DNA of 64,000 nt from Thermoplasmata archaeon (GCA_022750415.1 JAKIVT010000002.1:2754-66753); one strand, 5' to 3'. Positions 17,651 through 28,250 are shown, counted from the stretch's first letter. Program-made: numbers and translations. Notes: generated from the sequence alone by a model not told the origin.

Positions 17651-19792
17651 ATGACCGGCCACGGTCCGCCCGCCTTCGACGAACTGTTCCGGCCGTCGTC
17701 CGTTGCGGTCATCGGGGCCTCGAACCGGCCCGGGGCGGTGGGGTCGAGCCTGTTCCGGAACATCCTCCGCTCGGGGTTCACGGGCGTGGCCTACCCCGTC
17801 AACCCGGCCTGGCGGAGCGTGTCCGGAGTCCGGTGCTACGCGGGGGTCTCGGATCTGCCGGAAGCACCGGACCTCGCGGTCGTGGTGGTGCCGGCCCCCG
17901 CCGTCGGGCGGGTCGTCGAAGAGCTGGGCGAACGGGGGACCCGCGGCGTCGTCGTCATCTCCGCGGGGTTTCGGGAGGTGGGACCGCCGGGAACCGACCT
18001 CGAGGTGAAATTGGTGAGGACCGCCGGCCGGTTCGGCATGTCGCTCGTCGGCCCGAACTGCTTCGGCATCATCAACACGGACCCGCAAGTCAGCCTGAAC
18101 GCGACCTTCAGCGAGGGGCTTCCGCCCGCGGGGAACATCGGCTTCGTCTCGCAGAGCGGGGCGCTCTGCGCCGGCATTTTGGCGTACGGGGCGGCGGAGC
18201 GGATCGGGTTCTCCCGGTTCGTGTCCGTCGGCAACCGGGCCGGCGTCGACGAATGCGACCTCCTGCAGGCGCTGGCGGTCGACCCCGCCACCCGGGTCAT
18301 CCTGCTGTATGTCGAGAGCCTGTCGAACGGACGGCGATTCCTCGACGCCGCCCGGGAGGTCACGGCCAAGAAGCCGGTCCTCGTCATCAAGAGCGGGCGG
18401 ACCCCGGCCGGGGAACGAGCGGCCCGCAGCCACACCGGATCGCTCGCCCGGTCCGGGCGGGACCGCTTGTTTGACGCGTTGTTCGAGCAGGCTGGCGTCC
18501 TGCGCCTCGACACCCTCGGGGAGCTGTTCCGGGCCGCCAAGATCTTCGGTTCCGGGATCTCCCTCGACGGCCCGCGCCTCGCGATCCTGACGAACTCCGG
18601 GGGGCCGGGGATCGTCGCCGCCGACGCCGCCGTCCGCTACGGACTCCAGTTGCCGGGGTTGGGCGCCGCATCGCAGGGCGAGTTGCGGCGACGGCTCCCG
18701 GCGATCGCCGCCGTCTCCAATCCGGTCGACATGACCGCGGGAATCCGGCCCGAGCAGTACCGAGACGCCCTCCAGATCCTCGTGCGGGACGCCGAGGTCG
18801 ACTGCGCCCTCGTCATCGCGACCCCCACGGGAACGGCGACCGGGGAAGCGGTCGCCCGCGCCATCCTCGAGGGCCGGGGGACGTCGGCGAAGGGCGTCGT
18901 CGCTTGCCTCTTCGGGCTGACCGACCTCTCGAGGGAGATGGGACTCCTGGAGGCGAGTGGAGTCCCCGCGTTCACGTTTCCGGAAGAGGCCATCCAGGGG
19001 CTCGCTCTCCTCGCCCGCTACCACGCCTGGCGGACGCGACCGGTCACGGCGGTCCGGGCGTTTCCGGTCGACCGCGAGCGGGTGAAGGCGACCCTCGCCG
19101 AAGCCGCCGCCACGGGCTCCACCCTGCTGCGCGAGTCGGCCGCCCGCGCTCTCCTCTCGGCGTACGGCATCTCGTTCCCGAAATCGGTGCGGGCGGGGAC
19201 CGTCGCGGACGCGGTCCGGGCGGCGGACGACCTCGGCTACCCCGTCGTCTTGAAGGTCGCCTCCCCCGATATTTCCCACAAGACCGAGGTCGGAGGAGTG
19301 GCCGTCGGTCTCGAGGACGCCGACCAGCTTCGGGCGGCGTGGGGGCGCATGGAGCAGGCCGTCGCCCGGACCGCCCCGAAGGCCCGCCTCGAGGGGTTCG
19401 ACGTGGAGGCCCAGGTGACGGGGGGCAAGGAAGTCCTGGTCGGGATCCAGCGCGACCCCGAGTTTGGGCCGCTCGTCGCGTTCGGGCTCGGCGGAATCTA
19501 CGTCGAGGTGTTCCAGGACGTCACCTTCCGGCTGGCCCCGATGCGCTCCCGCTCCGCCCGGCGGATGATCGAGACGATCCGGGCGTTCCCAATCCTCACC
19601 GGGGTTCGGGGGGAGAAGCCGAGCGACCTCGAGGCGCTCGAGGAGGCGATCGAGAGGGTCTCCCAGCTCGCCCTCGAAGTTCCGGAAGTCGCCGAACTCG
19701 ACCTCAACCCTCTGATCGTCCGACCGGCGGGGGAGGGAGTCGTGGCGGTGGATGCGCGCGTGATCCTCGGTCCCCCGGAACGTCCCCGGTAA
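17651..19792 (+). CDS. acetate/acyl-CoA ligase (ADP-forming), fused alpha-beta
   Basis: F.P.SVAVIGAS, GPNCFG, SQSGA, AARSHTGSLA (phospho-His), TNSGGPG, NPVD, HKTEVGGV, ELDLNPL. Confidence 0.93.
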   Translation: MTGHGPPAFDELFRPSSVAVIGASNRPGAVGSSLFRNILRSGFTGVAYPVNPAWRSVSGVRCYAGVSDLPEAPDLAVVVVPAPAVGRVVEELGERGTRGVVVISAGFREVGPPGTDLEVKLVRTAGRFGMSLVGPNCFGIINTDPQVSLNATFSEGLPPAGNIGFVSQSGALCAGILAYGAAERIGFSRFVSVGNRAGVDECDLLQALAVDPATRVILLYVESLSNGRRFLDAAREVTAKKPVLVIKSGRTPAGERAARSHTGSLARSGRDRLFDALFEQAGVLRLDTLGELFRAAKIFGSGISLDGPRLAILTNSGGPGIVAADAAVRYGLQLPGLGAASQGELRRRLPAIAAVSNPVDMTAGIRPEQYRDALQILVRDAEVDCALVIATPTGTATGEAVARAILEGRGTSAKGVVACLFGLTDLSREMGLLEASGVPAFTFPEEAIQGLALLARYHAWRTRPVTAVRAFPVDRERVKATLAEAAATGSTLLRESAARALLSAYGISFPKSVRAGTVADAVRAADDLGYPVVLKVASPDISHKTEVGGVAVGLEDADQLRAAWGRMEQAVARTAPKARLEGFDVEAQVTGGKEVLVGIQRDPEFGPLVAFGLGGIYVEVFQDVTFRLAPMRSRSARRMIETIRAFPILTGVRGEKPSDLEALEEAIERVSQLALEVPEVAELDLNPLIVRPAGEGVVAVDARVILGPPERPR

Positions 19793-19882
19793 CGAGGGAA
19801 CGGGCACCGAGGGGGCGGGGCGCCGCCGGCCGTGCACGCGGGGTTTAAACGGGACTTCTTCCTCCCGGCCCCCGGTAAGACC

Positions 19883-20677
19883 ATGGGCCAATCGAAGCAC
19901 CGGCTGCTAACGGCATTCGTCGTGATCGCGTTCGTTGCGAGCGGACTCTCGGCCCTCGCCGTCGGAGGTGCCCCGGCCGCCCCGGCGGGGCGGAGTCCGA
20001 TCCTCCACTCGCCGTTCTTCGGTACCACCACCTCCACCTCCCACAACTGGGCCGGCTACGCCATCAAAACGAAGAACGGGGCCGTTACCGACGTGAAGGG
20101 CAGCTGGAACGTCCCGCAGATCGCGGCCGCGTGCCCGAGCGCCGCGCGCTACTCCGCGTTCTGGGTCGGGATCGACGGCGACGGGTCGTCGACCGTAGAA
20201 CAGACCGGCACGGCGACGTACTGTTCCGGGGGGTCGCCGGTGTACTTCGCTTGGTACGAGATGTACCCCGGCCCGTACCACACCCTGTCGATGACGATCT
20301 CGCCGACCGACGTCATGCATGCCGAAGTCAAGTACTCCACGACGACCCACAAGTTCACGCTGTCCATGCGGGACTCGTCGACGGGGCACTCGTTCTCGAC
20401 CATCCAGAGCCTGAGTGGAGCGAAGCGGTCGTCGGCGGAGTGGATCGCGGAGGCCCCGACCGGTGGGTCGGGCGTCCTCCCGCTCACGAACTTCGGCTGG
20501 GTGACGTTCAACAACGCCTCCGCGACCATCTCGGGACACACCCACTCCATCAGCGGATTCTCGAACATCGAGATCACGATGTGGAACCTCGCGAACACGA
20601 AGAAGATGGCCGTACCAAACTCGCTCTCGAACGCCGGTAAGACGTTCAAAGTGACCTGGAAGAACAGCGGTCCCTGA
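19883..20677 (+). CDS. secreted G1-family glutamic endopeptidase (peptidase A4-like)
   Basis: SHNWAGY, WVGIDG, EQTGT, AWYEMYP, SAEWIAEAP; signal peptide. Confidence 0.9.
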   Translation: MGQSKHRLLTAFVVIAFVASGLSALAVGGAPAAPAGRSPILHSPFFGTTTSTSHNWAGYAIKTKNGAVTDVKGSWNVPQIAAACPSAARYSAFWVGIDGDGSSTVEQTGTATYCSGGSPVYFAWYEMYPGPYHTLSMTISPTDVMHAEVKYSTTTHKFTLSMRDSSTGHSFSTIQSLSGAKRSSAEWIAEAPTGGSGVLPLTNFGWVTFNNASATISGHTHSISGFSNIEITMWNLANTKKMAVPNSLSNAGKTFKVTWKNSGP

Positions 20678-20944
20678 GCTCGACAGGGCGGGCAACCCCT
20701 TCCGCGGGCGGCGTCGACCGCAACCCGCTCCGCTCCGCCGCACGTCGAAGGAAGCCGGAAAGCGAGAGGGCGTGGACTTCGCCTCCGAGATTCTCCGGAG
20801 CAGGTCGCCGGAAGAGCGGATGGAGCTCGGCGATCGCGGTGGACGTGGGCCCAACCGGCGGCGCCAAGGAGAACCTTTCTCCCGGCCGACGAGGAGACCG
20901 ATCCGGTCTGCGCAGAGCGCGAGCCCGTGGGGTGAGATGGAGGA

Positions 20945-23056
20945 TCACGCCGGCCGGCGCGGGCGACTTCGCCACACCAGGACCGCGGTTCCGAGGACGC
21001 CCACCACGGCCAGACCGGCGATGGCCGGCCAAAACCACGCCGGGGGGACGGCGACGTGGGAACTCGAGGAGCCCCCGGCCGGCGGTGCCGGCCCGACCGT
21101 GACGGTCGTGCTCGCGTGAGCGGACCCGCCGACCGAATCGTTCGCCCACGCCTCGATCGTATAGGTTCCGGCCGACCCGAATGTGTGGCGGGCGTACGGG
21201 GCGGCGCTCGCGCCGCCGTCGGAGAACCGCCAGCTGAAGTGGAACGGCGCGGTGCCGCCGGTGACGTTCGCGTAGGCGGTGCCTGGCGCCCCGGCGACGA
21301 GGGCGGAGGCGCCGACCCCGAGGGTCGGTAGTGCCTGCACCGCGACATCGAACGACGCCCGAGCCGTTCCGCCGAGGGCGTCAGAAACCGTCCAGTTCCC
21401 GGCGTACGACCCCGCCGTCGCGTAGGTGTGGCTGGAGTTCCGACCCGAGGCGGTCATGCCGTCCCCGAAGTCCCACGAGTAGGCGTACGGCCCGGTTCCC
21501 CCGCCGACCGTCCCTCCCAGGAGGGCGATGGCGACCCCGGCGTCTCCCGCCCAGGGGCCCAGGCGGGGCGCGGCGGCGGGTCCCGAGCGGACGACCACCG
21601 CCCCCGTCGCGCCCCCCATCGCCCGCGCGCCCGCGGCGTCGGTGACGTTCGTCCACGGAGTGTACGACCCGCTCGCTCCGTACGCGTGCGAGAGCTGGAA
21701 GGCGCCGGTCGCCACCACGACCTCCTCCTGGGAGCCGTCCCCGAAACCCACAACGGCGGAGTACGGAGCGGTGCCGCCCGATACCGTTCCTCGGACGGCC
21801 ACCGGGACCGACGTCTCCGCGGACGAGGGGGTGGCGAGCGGCGAAACCGTGGGCGGGGTCTCGAGGACCCACGTGTCCGCGAGGGCGCCGTTCCCGAAGA
21901 ACATCGTCGAGCCGCCGAACACAAGCGGCGGGAACCCGCCGCTGTCCCCGGCCATCGCGCCGACCCACCGCGCGGGGGGCGCCGTCCCCACATCGGAGGT
22001 GACGTTCGTCCAGGTTCCGTGCGCGAACGTCCACGTGTCGTTGAGGGCGCCGACCGCTCCCCACCCCCCAAACAGCACGAGCTCGGAAAGGGCGGCGTCG
22101 TAGCTCATCGCCCCGTCGTACCGGTACGGAGGAGCCGGGCCGGTGCCGGCGACCTGCCACCATTGTCCGGAGTACAGCTCCCACGTCTCGTTCGGCGAGC
22201 CACACCCGAAGCCGCAGCCGAAGACGACGACCGCGGACTCCGCCGGATCGAAGGCCATCTGGGTCCGGCCGGTCGGTGGTGGGGCGGCCGAAGGGGAGAG
22301 CGACACCCAGCCCGCTCCGCCCTCGAACACCCACGTGTCGTTGACGTAGCCGACGCCGCCGACGTTCCCGCCGAGCAGGACCGAGCCGTTCTCCTCGGGC
22401 TCCGGGTCGAACGCGAGGCTCGCGAACGCGCGCGGGGAGGGCGCCGCCGCGCTCCATCCCGAGAGGTTGGTCCAGGCGCCGTCGTGGAAGAGCCACGTGT
22501 CGTTCAGGTCGTTCCCCGAAGCTCCGACCCCGCCGAACAGGAGAATCCCTTGGAGGTTGGCGTCGTAGTCCATCGCTCCGCCGTACCGGGCAGGCGGGGA
22601 ATCCGAGGGGTTCGTCGCGTTGATCCACGTGGCATTCGCGAACACCCAAGTTAGGCCGTCGGGGCACCCGGCGCTGATGCATCCGCCGAAGTAGACGGAC
22701 TCCTTCGCGACGGGGTCGTACGCGAGCGTGCCGAGGGTGCTCGCGGGAGGGTGGGACGCGTTCGGGCCGCCGGTAACATTGATCCAATGCGGGAGTCCGG
22801 GGCCGGCGGAGCGTTCCGACCCGCCCGAGGGGAGAGGAGCGGCGGGTGGGGGGCCGGCTCCCGGACCTCCGACCATTGCGGGGACGGGAGCCGACGTTGA
22901 CCCGGTCGAGAGGGAGTGCATTTTCAGGGCTTGGGACGCCGGTGCCGACGGGACGAGGACGACGATCGCAAGGAGGAGGACCGGGACCCAGGCCCGGCCG
23001 CGCGGGCGCCGTCGGACGACGGAACGGACGGGCCAGGTCCGGGCCACTGGCGTCAC
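20945..23056 (-). CDS. membrane-anchored Kelch-repeat + PKD-domain surface protein
   Basis: Repeated PPAR....M.YD......LFGG......NDTW; YSWDFGDG PKD motifs; signal peptide and C-terminal TM; GTGA-coupled to the upstream gene. Confidence 0.85.
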   Translation of the reverse strand: MTPVARTWPVRSVVRRRPRGRAWVPVLLLAIVVLVPSAPASQALKMHSLSTGSTSAPVPAMVGGPGAGPPPAAPLPSGGSERSAGPGLPHWINVTGGPNASHPPASTLGTLAYDPVAKESVYFGGCISAGCPDGLTWVFANATWINATNPSDSPPARYGGAMDYDANLQGILLFGGVGASGNDLNDTWLFHDGAWTNLSGWSAAAPSPRAFASLAFDPEPEENGSVLLGGNVGGVGYVNDTWVFEGGAGWVSLSPSAAPPPTGRTQMAFDPAESAVVVFGCGFGCGSPNETWELYSGQWWQVAGTGPAPPYRYDGAMSYDAALSELVLFGGWGAVGALNDTWTFAHGTWTNVTSDVGTAPPARWVGAMAGDSGGFPPLVFGGSTMFFGNGALADTWVLETPPTVSPLATPSSAETSVPVAVRGTVSGGTAPYSAVVGFGDGSQEEVVVATGAFQLSHAYGASGSYTPWTNVTDAAGARAMGGATGAVVVRSGPAAAPRLGPWAGDAGVAIALLGGTVGGGTGPYAYSWDFGDGMTASGRNSSHTYATAGSYAGNWTVSDALGGTARASFDVAVQALPTLGVGASALVAGAPGTAYANVTGGTAPFHFSWRFSDGGASAAPYARHTFGSAGTYTIEAWANDSVGGSAHASTTVTVGPAPPAGGSSSSHVAVPPAWFWPAIAGLAVVGVLGTAVLVWRSRPRRPA

Positions 23057-26000
23057 CCCGTCCCGGGCGGAGGGGAAGTCGGCGAATCCTGGCGGACGGG
23101 GCCTTCCGGAGCCGGTCCCGCGGACGTCGGTGGAGGCCCACGGCGGCGCGTGACGACGACGACGACCGCGAGCAGCGCGACGACGCCCGCGGCGGCGAGC
23201 GCGAGCACCAGGAGGTAGTTGGTGCCCCCAGCGGCCGTCGACCGGGTCGGAGCGCTCGTCCCGGGCGCGGCGGAAATCGCGGGAAGGAGCGAGCCCACCT
23301 CCGCGAACTCGAGAGCGACGACCGGTTGCGCCGAGGTGGTGGAGTTGGCCACGAGGGAGTAGACCAGGATCGACGCTCCGTCCTGCGTGAGGCCGAAGCT
23401 GGTCACGTTCTCCAACGGGATCTCGGTCAGGTTCGCCACGGTGGACCCGGTGACCGTCCATCCAAAGATACCGGCGTGTCCGTTCCCGAAGACGTCGTAC
23501 CGACCGTCGCCAAAGACGGCGTGGAGGGTCGTCGCATCCGGACCGGTTCGCCACTGCGCGAGGACCTGGCCCGTGGCGAGGTCGAACAGGATCGTCTCGG
23601 TCGTGTGCTGGCTCCGATAGAGCAGCGCAACGGTCGACGGGGCGTCCGCCACGAATTCGGCGGAGATCAGGTGGGACTTCGCCGGGACCGGCGGAGCGAA
23701 CGCCACGGCTGCACCGGTCGTGAGGTTGAGGATGGAGTAGTTCCCGCCGACGTCGAGCACCACCGCCTCCCCGGCTCCGCCGCTAAGGGAAGCGACCTCC
23801 GAGAGGCCGGTCGCGCTCACGTTCGCGACCGTCCGACCCGTCCCGACGTCGAACTCGACCAGCTGCTCGGTGGTCGTGGGCCCGACGAGGTACGACGGGG
23901 CGACGAGCGCCTCGAGGACTCCCGAACTCCCCGACGCGTCGACGCGGTACGACTGCGCGAACCCGCCGTGGGTCCAGACGTTCACGGGACCCCAGGAGCC
24001 GTTGTCCGGATAGAATCGGGCGCCATGGAGCGCGAGGGAGGTGAGCGCCGCCGGCATCGTGGCTCCGTCCTCGGCGACCGGGAGGGCGGACCAGGCGACG
24101 TACAGGCTGCCGTCCGCGAGGCGGGTGGCCTCGGGGTTCGAGATGAGGAACCCCGGGTCGGTCGGCCGCGGGAGCGCCGCGAGCTGGTTCGTCGAACCGT
24201 TGAGCCCGACTCCGGAGACTTCGAGGCCCTGGGAGACGGGGAGCTGCGGGTTGTCGTCGGTGTAGAACAGGTACGCCCCGTTCGGCCCCGGCGCCGCCGT
24301 GACCTCGGTGTGCGGATAGATGTCCTCGACCGCGTTCCCGCTGGTGGCGGTGGCGTTCCAGACCGTGACGTCGTACCCGGTCGTCGCATAGTACCGGGTC
24401 AAGGGCGCCCACGTCGCATTGGCCCCGGTGTCGTAGCAGGTGACGCACGCCGTCCCGGAACGGGGTTCGGCCGGGGGCGGGTCGGTCCACTGGTAGATGA
24501 CCGCAGGCCCGAGGATGTTCCAGTACGCGGACCACCACAGGAACGTGGCTTGGCCGAAGACCGTCCCGTTGATCCATCCCGCCCCAATGTGGAACGTCGG
24601 CGTGATGTTGAACGCGACCGCGATCGAGAGCGCTCCCCCGATCGCGATCGACGCGATGCCGATTCCGAACGAGACGGCGACGTCCAGCGCGACGGTGAGA
24701 GCCCCCACGAGCTGGCTGACCATGACCGCGAGCCCGGGCAGGATGTCCTTCCCCGGATCGGTCGTCGGAAGCAGCAGGAGCGAGAGGGCGAGCGTCGGCT
24801 TGAGGTCAATCTGGAGCGTGAACCCGACCCTCAACCCCAGGATGTCGAAGCCGTACAACGGGACGCTCACCCCGAGGTCGCCCGCCAATTGGACCGTGGC
24901 GGCGGCGTTCACCCATTGGACGTCCGAGATCCCCTGGCTCGCGTTGAGGACGACGAACTTTCCCGAGAGACCAATCGCGACCGTGAGGTTCAGGGTCGCC
25001 GGCCCGAAGTTGATGTTCGGCAGGCCGAAGGTCAGCATCCCGGCGAGCGAGAGCTGCCCCGCCGAGGTCGCGCCGAAATCGACCTCGATCGACGGGATGA
25101 AGCTGTAGTTCCCGCTGATCATCGGGCTGGGGATGGCAAAGCTCGTCGAGTTCGCCAGGCTCCAGACGTACGATTCCTGGATCGCGTAGCTGTGGTTGTA
25201 CGGGCCGGCCCCGGAGGTGGTAATCGACTGGAGCGCCCCGGAGAACTCGAACAGCGTCACGAGCCACGTCGGGGTCTCGATCATCACCGGCGTGTAGGAC
25301 GCGTTCAGCGTCCAACCGGGCCAGTTGCCGGTGACCACGAGGACGGAGCCCCCCGACACCGTTCCCATGTCGACCGACGCGGTGTCCCACCACAGCGACC
25401 CGCTCGAGCGCTGCTGGATGGAGACCGGGAGTCCGCCCAGCGTCGCGGTGACGCTGACGGCAGGGGTCCCGGCGACGGAGAGGTACGCGCTGAACACGTT
25501 GTGGAACGAGAAGTTCGTGTAGAAATCCGGGGCGTATTGCGAATAGATGATCCCGATCTCCGGGGGCAGGACCGAGAACGTCCAGTTCGCCGAGGCGAAG
25601 TCGCCCGAGACCGGGACCCCGCTCGAAAGCGTCGAGTTGGTCGTGTCGAAGACGAAGAGCGTGATCCGGAAGACGTTGTAGCTCGACGAACTCGGTTGGC
25701 AATCGACCCGCCATATGCCGTCGTACGGCAACGGTCCGTAATCGGTGCCGGAACTCGTGAAGTTCGCGCAGTCGGTCGTGCCCCCGTCCACCAGCCCGGT
25801 CGAGCTTCTCAGCCCGTGGACGACGAACGTGTAGTCGAGCGAACCGCTTCCGCCCGAACCGGCGACCTGGAACGGCACGTTGAACCCGACGTGGGAGGAG
25901 TTCGTGTCGATCCCGGTAGGCCCCGTCAGTCTCGCGTGAACGAGCGCGTAGTATCGGAACGTCGAGTTCAGCGCGGTGGCCCCGTTCGTGCCCCCAACCA

Positions 26001-27393
26001 GGATGAAGTACCCGTCGGTGAGATCGGCCGCCGCGGCGGCATACGACCGGTTCGAGGGGTCCCCGGAGTCGCCGGCGAACGCCCAGTCGAACCCATTCCC
26101 GGGGGGGTTGTTGTAGACGTAGGTGTCGTTGAGGTAGCCGAGCGGCCCGCTGCAGGTGTACGTCAGTTGCGTGTTCGCGACGCCGTACCCGCCGTAGAGG
26201 ACGAACCGTTCATTTTTGGGGCTCCATCCCAGCGACGCCCCGACGCGTCCGCAAGGGGCGGGGTAGCCCGGAGCTTGGACCCCGGGACGGGAGATCCGGT
26301 TCGGGCCCGCGAGGTTGGGGCAGACCCCACCGTAGTTCATGTGGAGCCAGTGGTCGGCGTAGAACCACCACGCCACATCGGGGAGCACGCACGAGCCGGT
26401 CGAGTCGACCAGAACGTTGGCCGCTGTCCCGTTCCAGGCTTCCCCTCCAAACATGAGCAGGTAGCCGCTCGGCGAGTCGGCGATCGCCATGCCCGCGCGG
26501 GCCGACGGATGGGTCGTGCTGACGGAGGCGCTGATGTTCGTCCACGTGCCGTTGAACGTCCAGGTGTCGCCGAGGGTGACGCCGTTCGCGAGGGCGCCGC
26601 CGAAGAGGACGACGTCGTTGTCGAGTGGGTCCCAGGCCACCGCCGCCCCCAACCGTGGCGACGGGGCAGCGCCGGCCGCCGCGGTCAGGTTGCGCCAGAC
26701 GCCGCCCGAGAACAGCCAGGTGTCGTTGTACGCTCGGGTAAACCCGAGGAACGAGATGCCCCCGCCGAACAGAACGACGCCGTCGAGCGTCGCGTCGTAC
26801 GCCAGCATCGCGTCCTCCCGGGCGGACGGACACGTCGACGGCGTGCAGGAAGAGTTCGCGACGAGAAGCGTCCAGTTGTTGTTCGTGAACTCCCAGGTGT
26901 CGTTCTCCCACAACTCGGGGCCGTTCACGGCGCCCCCGAACAGGATCGTTGCGTGGACGGACGGATCGTAGGCCAGGGAGGCCAACGCCCGTCCGCTCGG
27001 ATTCGGTCGGCCGTTGGGCGGGGTGATGTTGGTCCAGGAGGAAGGTGTACCGGAGGCCGACGGCTCAGGGCGCGTCGCGGCGGGACTGCCCAGCGGGGTA
27101 CAAGAACGGAGGACGCCGAGGAGACAGAGCGAGAATCGCGCCGGACCCGAGTCCGAGGCCCGGGCGGAGTCCGGACCCGGCGAGGCCGGTCGGGTGGGCG
27201 CAAGCGGCGACCCGGGCGCCGCCGGCACTCCGGAGACGGTGTGCGCCGCGACCGTCGGGAGACCGCTGAGGAGGAGCAGCAGGACCACCCCAACCGCAAC
27301 CATCGCTGCGGGCCGGGCACCTCGGGCCTTCGGCGGTCGACCGGCGCCGGCGACGGCTCGCCGAATCGGATCGCCTAGGGGGTCCTGTTCCAC
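23053..27393 (-). CDS. large (~1450 aa) Kelch-repeat surface protein with a long uncharacterised central region and C-terminal TM anchor
   Basis: Signal peptide, about 6 PS.R...AYD...LFGG...NDTW repeats, C-terminal YLLVLALAAAGVVALLAVVVVVTRRR; start uncertain. Confidence 0.82.
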   Translation of the reverse strand: MEQDPLGDPIRRAVAGAGRPPKARGARPAAMVAVGVVLLLLLSGLPTVAAHTVSGVPAAPGSPLAPTRPASPGPDSARASDSGPARFSLCLLGVLRSCTPLGSPAATRPEPSASGTPSSWTNITPPNGRPNPSGRALASLAYDPSVHATILFGGAVNGPELWENDTWEFTNNNWTLLVANSSCTPSTCPSAREDAMLAYDATLDGVVLFGGGISFLGFTRAYNDTWLFSGGVWRNLTAAAGAAPSPRLGAAVAWDPLDNDVVLFGGALANGVTLGDTWTFNGTWTNISASVSTTHPSARAGMAIADSPSGYLLMFGGEAWNGTAANVLVDSTGSCVLPDVAWWFYADHWLHMNYGGVCPNLAGPNRISRPGVQAPGYPAPCGRVGASLGWSPKNERFVLYGGYGVANTQLTYTCSGPLGYLNDTYVYNNPPGNGFDWAFAGDSGDPSNRSYAAAAADLTDGYFILVGGTNGATALNSTFRYYALVHARLTGPTGIDTNSSHVGFNVPFQVAGSGGSGSLDYTFVVHGLRSSTGLVDGGTTDCANFTSSGTDYGPLPYDGIWRVDCQPSSSSYNVFRITLFVFDTTNSTLSSGVPVSGDFASANWTFSVLPPEIGIIYSQYAPDFYTNFSFHNVFSAYLSVAGTPAVSVTATLGGLPVSIQQRSSGSLWWDTASVDMGTVSGGSVLVVTGNWPGWTLNASYTPVMIETPTWLVTLFEFSGALQSITTSGAGPYNHSYAIQESYVWSLANSTSFAIPSPMISGNYSFIPSIEVDFGATSAGQLSLAGMLTFGLPNINFGPATLNLTVAIGLSGKFVVLNASQGISDVQWVNAAATVQLAGDLGVSVPLYGFDILGLRVGFTLQIDLKPTLALSLLLLPTTDPGKDILPGLAVMVSQLVGALTVALDVAVSFGIGIASIAIGGALSIAVAFNITPTFHIGAGWINGTVFGQATFLWWSAYWNILGPAVIYQWTDPPPAEPRSGTACVTCYDTGANATWAPLTRYYATTGYDVTVWNATATSGNAVEDIYPHTEVTAAPGPNGAYLFYTDDNPQLPVSQGLEVSGVGLNGSTNQLAALPRPTDPGFLISNPEATRLADGSLYVAWSALPVAEDGATMPAALTSLALHGARFYPDNGSWGPVNVWTHGGFAQSYRVDASGSSGVLEALVAPSYLVGPTTTEQLVEFDVGTGRTVANVSATGLSEVASLSGGAGEAVVLDVGGNYSILNLTTGAAVAFAPPVPAKSHLISAEFVADAPSTVALLYRSQHTTETILFDLATGQVLAQWRTGPDATTLHAVFGDGRYDVFGNGHAGIFGWTVTGSTVANLTEIPLENVTSFGLTQDGASILVYSLVANSTTSAQPVVALEFAEVGSLLPAISAAPGTSAPTRSTAAGGTNYLLVLALAAAGVVALLAVVVVVTRRRGPPPTSAGPAPEGPVRQDSPTSPPPGTG

Positions 27394-27453
27394 GTGAACC
27401 TTTCGCGGAGGTCGCCGCGTGGCCCAGAACGGATACCGGTCCATAAATCCCAT

Positions 27454-27478
27454 GCGCGGGGCGAGGGTCCGAACGCAC
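27454..27478. repeat. degenerate copy of the tRNA-Leu 3' end (possible old att remnant)
   Basis: GCGCGGGGCGAGGG-TCCGAACGCAC vs GTGCGGGGAGAGGGATTTGAACCCAC at 32623; 20 of 26 matches with one gap. Confidence 0.35.
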
Positions 27479-27515
27479 AGGACGGGATTCGTGGGATCTT
27501 CGGCCCCTCCACGAC

Positions 27516-27902
27516 TCAGTAAGTTTCGACCTTGAGCCCAGGCACCCGGGCGAACCCCCGGTCTCGGGTGAGGAGCCGTTGACCGTGGCGGAGGCTCACC
27601 GCGGCGATGAAAAGGTCGGAGGCACTCATGGGCTCACCCCGCGCGATGAGGTCGGCTTCGATTCGTCCCGCGAGACGGCAGGATTCCCAGTCGAATTCGA
27701 GCCACTGCAGGGATTGGACCAGGTCCTCCGCGGCGCGGAGGGAACTCCCGCCGAATCCGTGAGCCCCAACCATGACCTCGGTGGCGGCCGGGGGCGTGAC
27801 GCAACGGGGTTCCCGGTGCTTCTCGAGCTGTTCGAGCCGGACGACCGCCGCGGGAACCCCGCGAAGCAGATCGATTAGGAACGTCGAGTCGAGACTGGCC
27901 AA
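27516..27902 (-). CDS. vapC: VapC PIN-domain toxin
   Basis: LDSTFLIDLLRG, E...G, DLFIAA.....G..LLTRDRGF.RVPGL.VETY; TTG start. Confidence 0.92.
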   Translation of the reverse strand: MASLDSTFLIDLLRGVPAAVVRLEQLEKHREPRCVTPPAATEVMVGAHGFGGSSLRAAEDLVQSLQWLEFDWESCRLAGRIEADLIARGEPMSASDLFIAAVSLRHGQRLLTRDRGFARVPGLKVETY

Positions 27903-27906
27903 GGGG

Positions 27907-28155
27907 TCACTTCCCCCGCCGACGTCCGAGTCGGATCATCTCGGTCTGCGAGGCGCGGTCGCTGTGTTCCATCCACGCCTCAAACCGAGCCAGCTTGTCC
28001 GCGGGAACGTCCTCCCAAGCGCCGACGAACTCCTGGAGGGAGCGTTCGGTCCAGGTCAGTCGCCGGACAACCTCGCTGAAGCTTTCCCCCTCCCGCTTGC
28101 GGGCCGCGAGGGCGAGGTACGCATCTTCCGACAGCGTCACCGTCTTCACGGACAT
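27907..28155 (-). CDS. vapB: VapB antitoxin (archaeal DUF217-like)
   Basis: KTVTLSEDAY..L...KREGESFSEVVRRL; directly upstream of vapC. Confidence 0.9.
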   Translation of the reverse strand: MSVKTVTLSEDAYLALAARKREGESFSEVVRRLTWTERSLQEFVGAWEDVPADKLARFEAWMEHSDRASQTEMIRLGRRRGK

Positions 28156-28161
28156 GAGCGT

Positions 28162-28186
28162 GTTTATGTCAACATGTTAGATAAAC
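28162..28186. promoter_or_regulatory. AT-rich imperfect palindrome GTTTATGTCAACATGTTAGATAAAC; likely vapBC promoter/operator
   Basis: Immediately upstream of the vapB ATG. Confidence 0.5.
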
Positions 28187-28250
28187 GTGTGGGGAGCTGG
28201 AACCTCGGATTTCCCGCCGGGACGCTCCTTGCCCGACCCCGGCCGGGCGG

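Noticed and set aside
22846-27378. Very long antisense or alternate-frame ORFs (e.g. 22846..27378 +, 55326..59003 -, 16880..19900 -, 40871..43744 +, 62050..63894 -)
   Set aside because: These are Arg/Gly/Pro-rich shadow ORFs expected at high GC, and each overlaps a well-supported gene.
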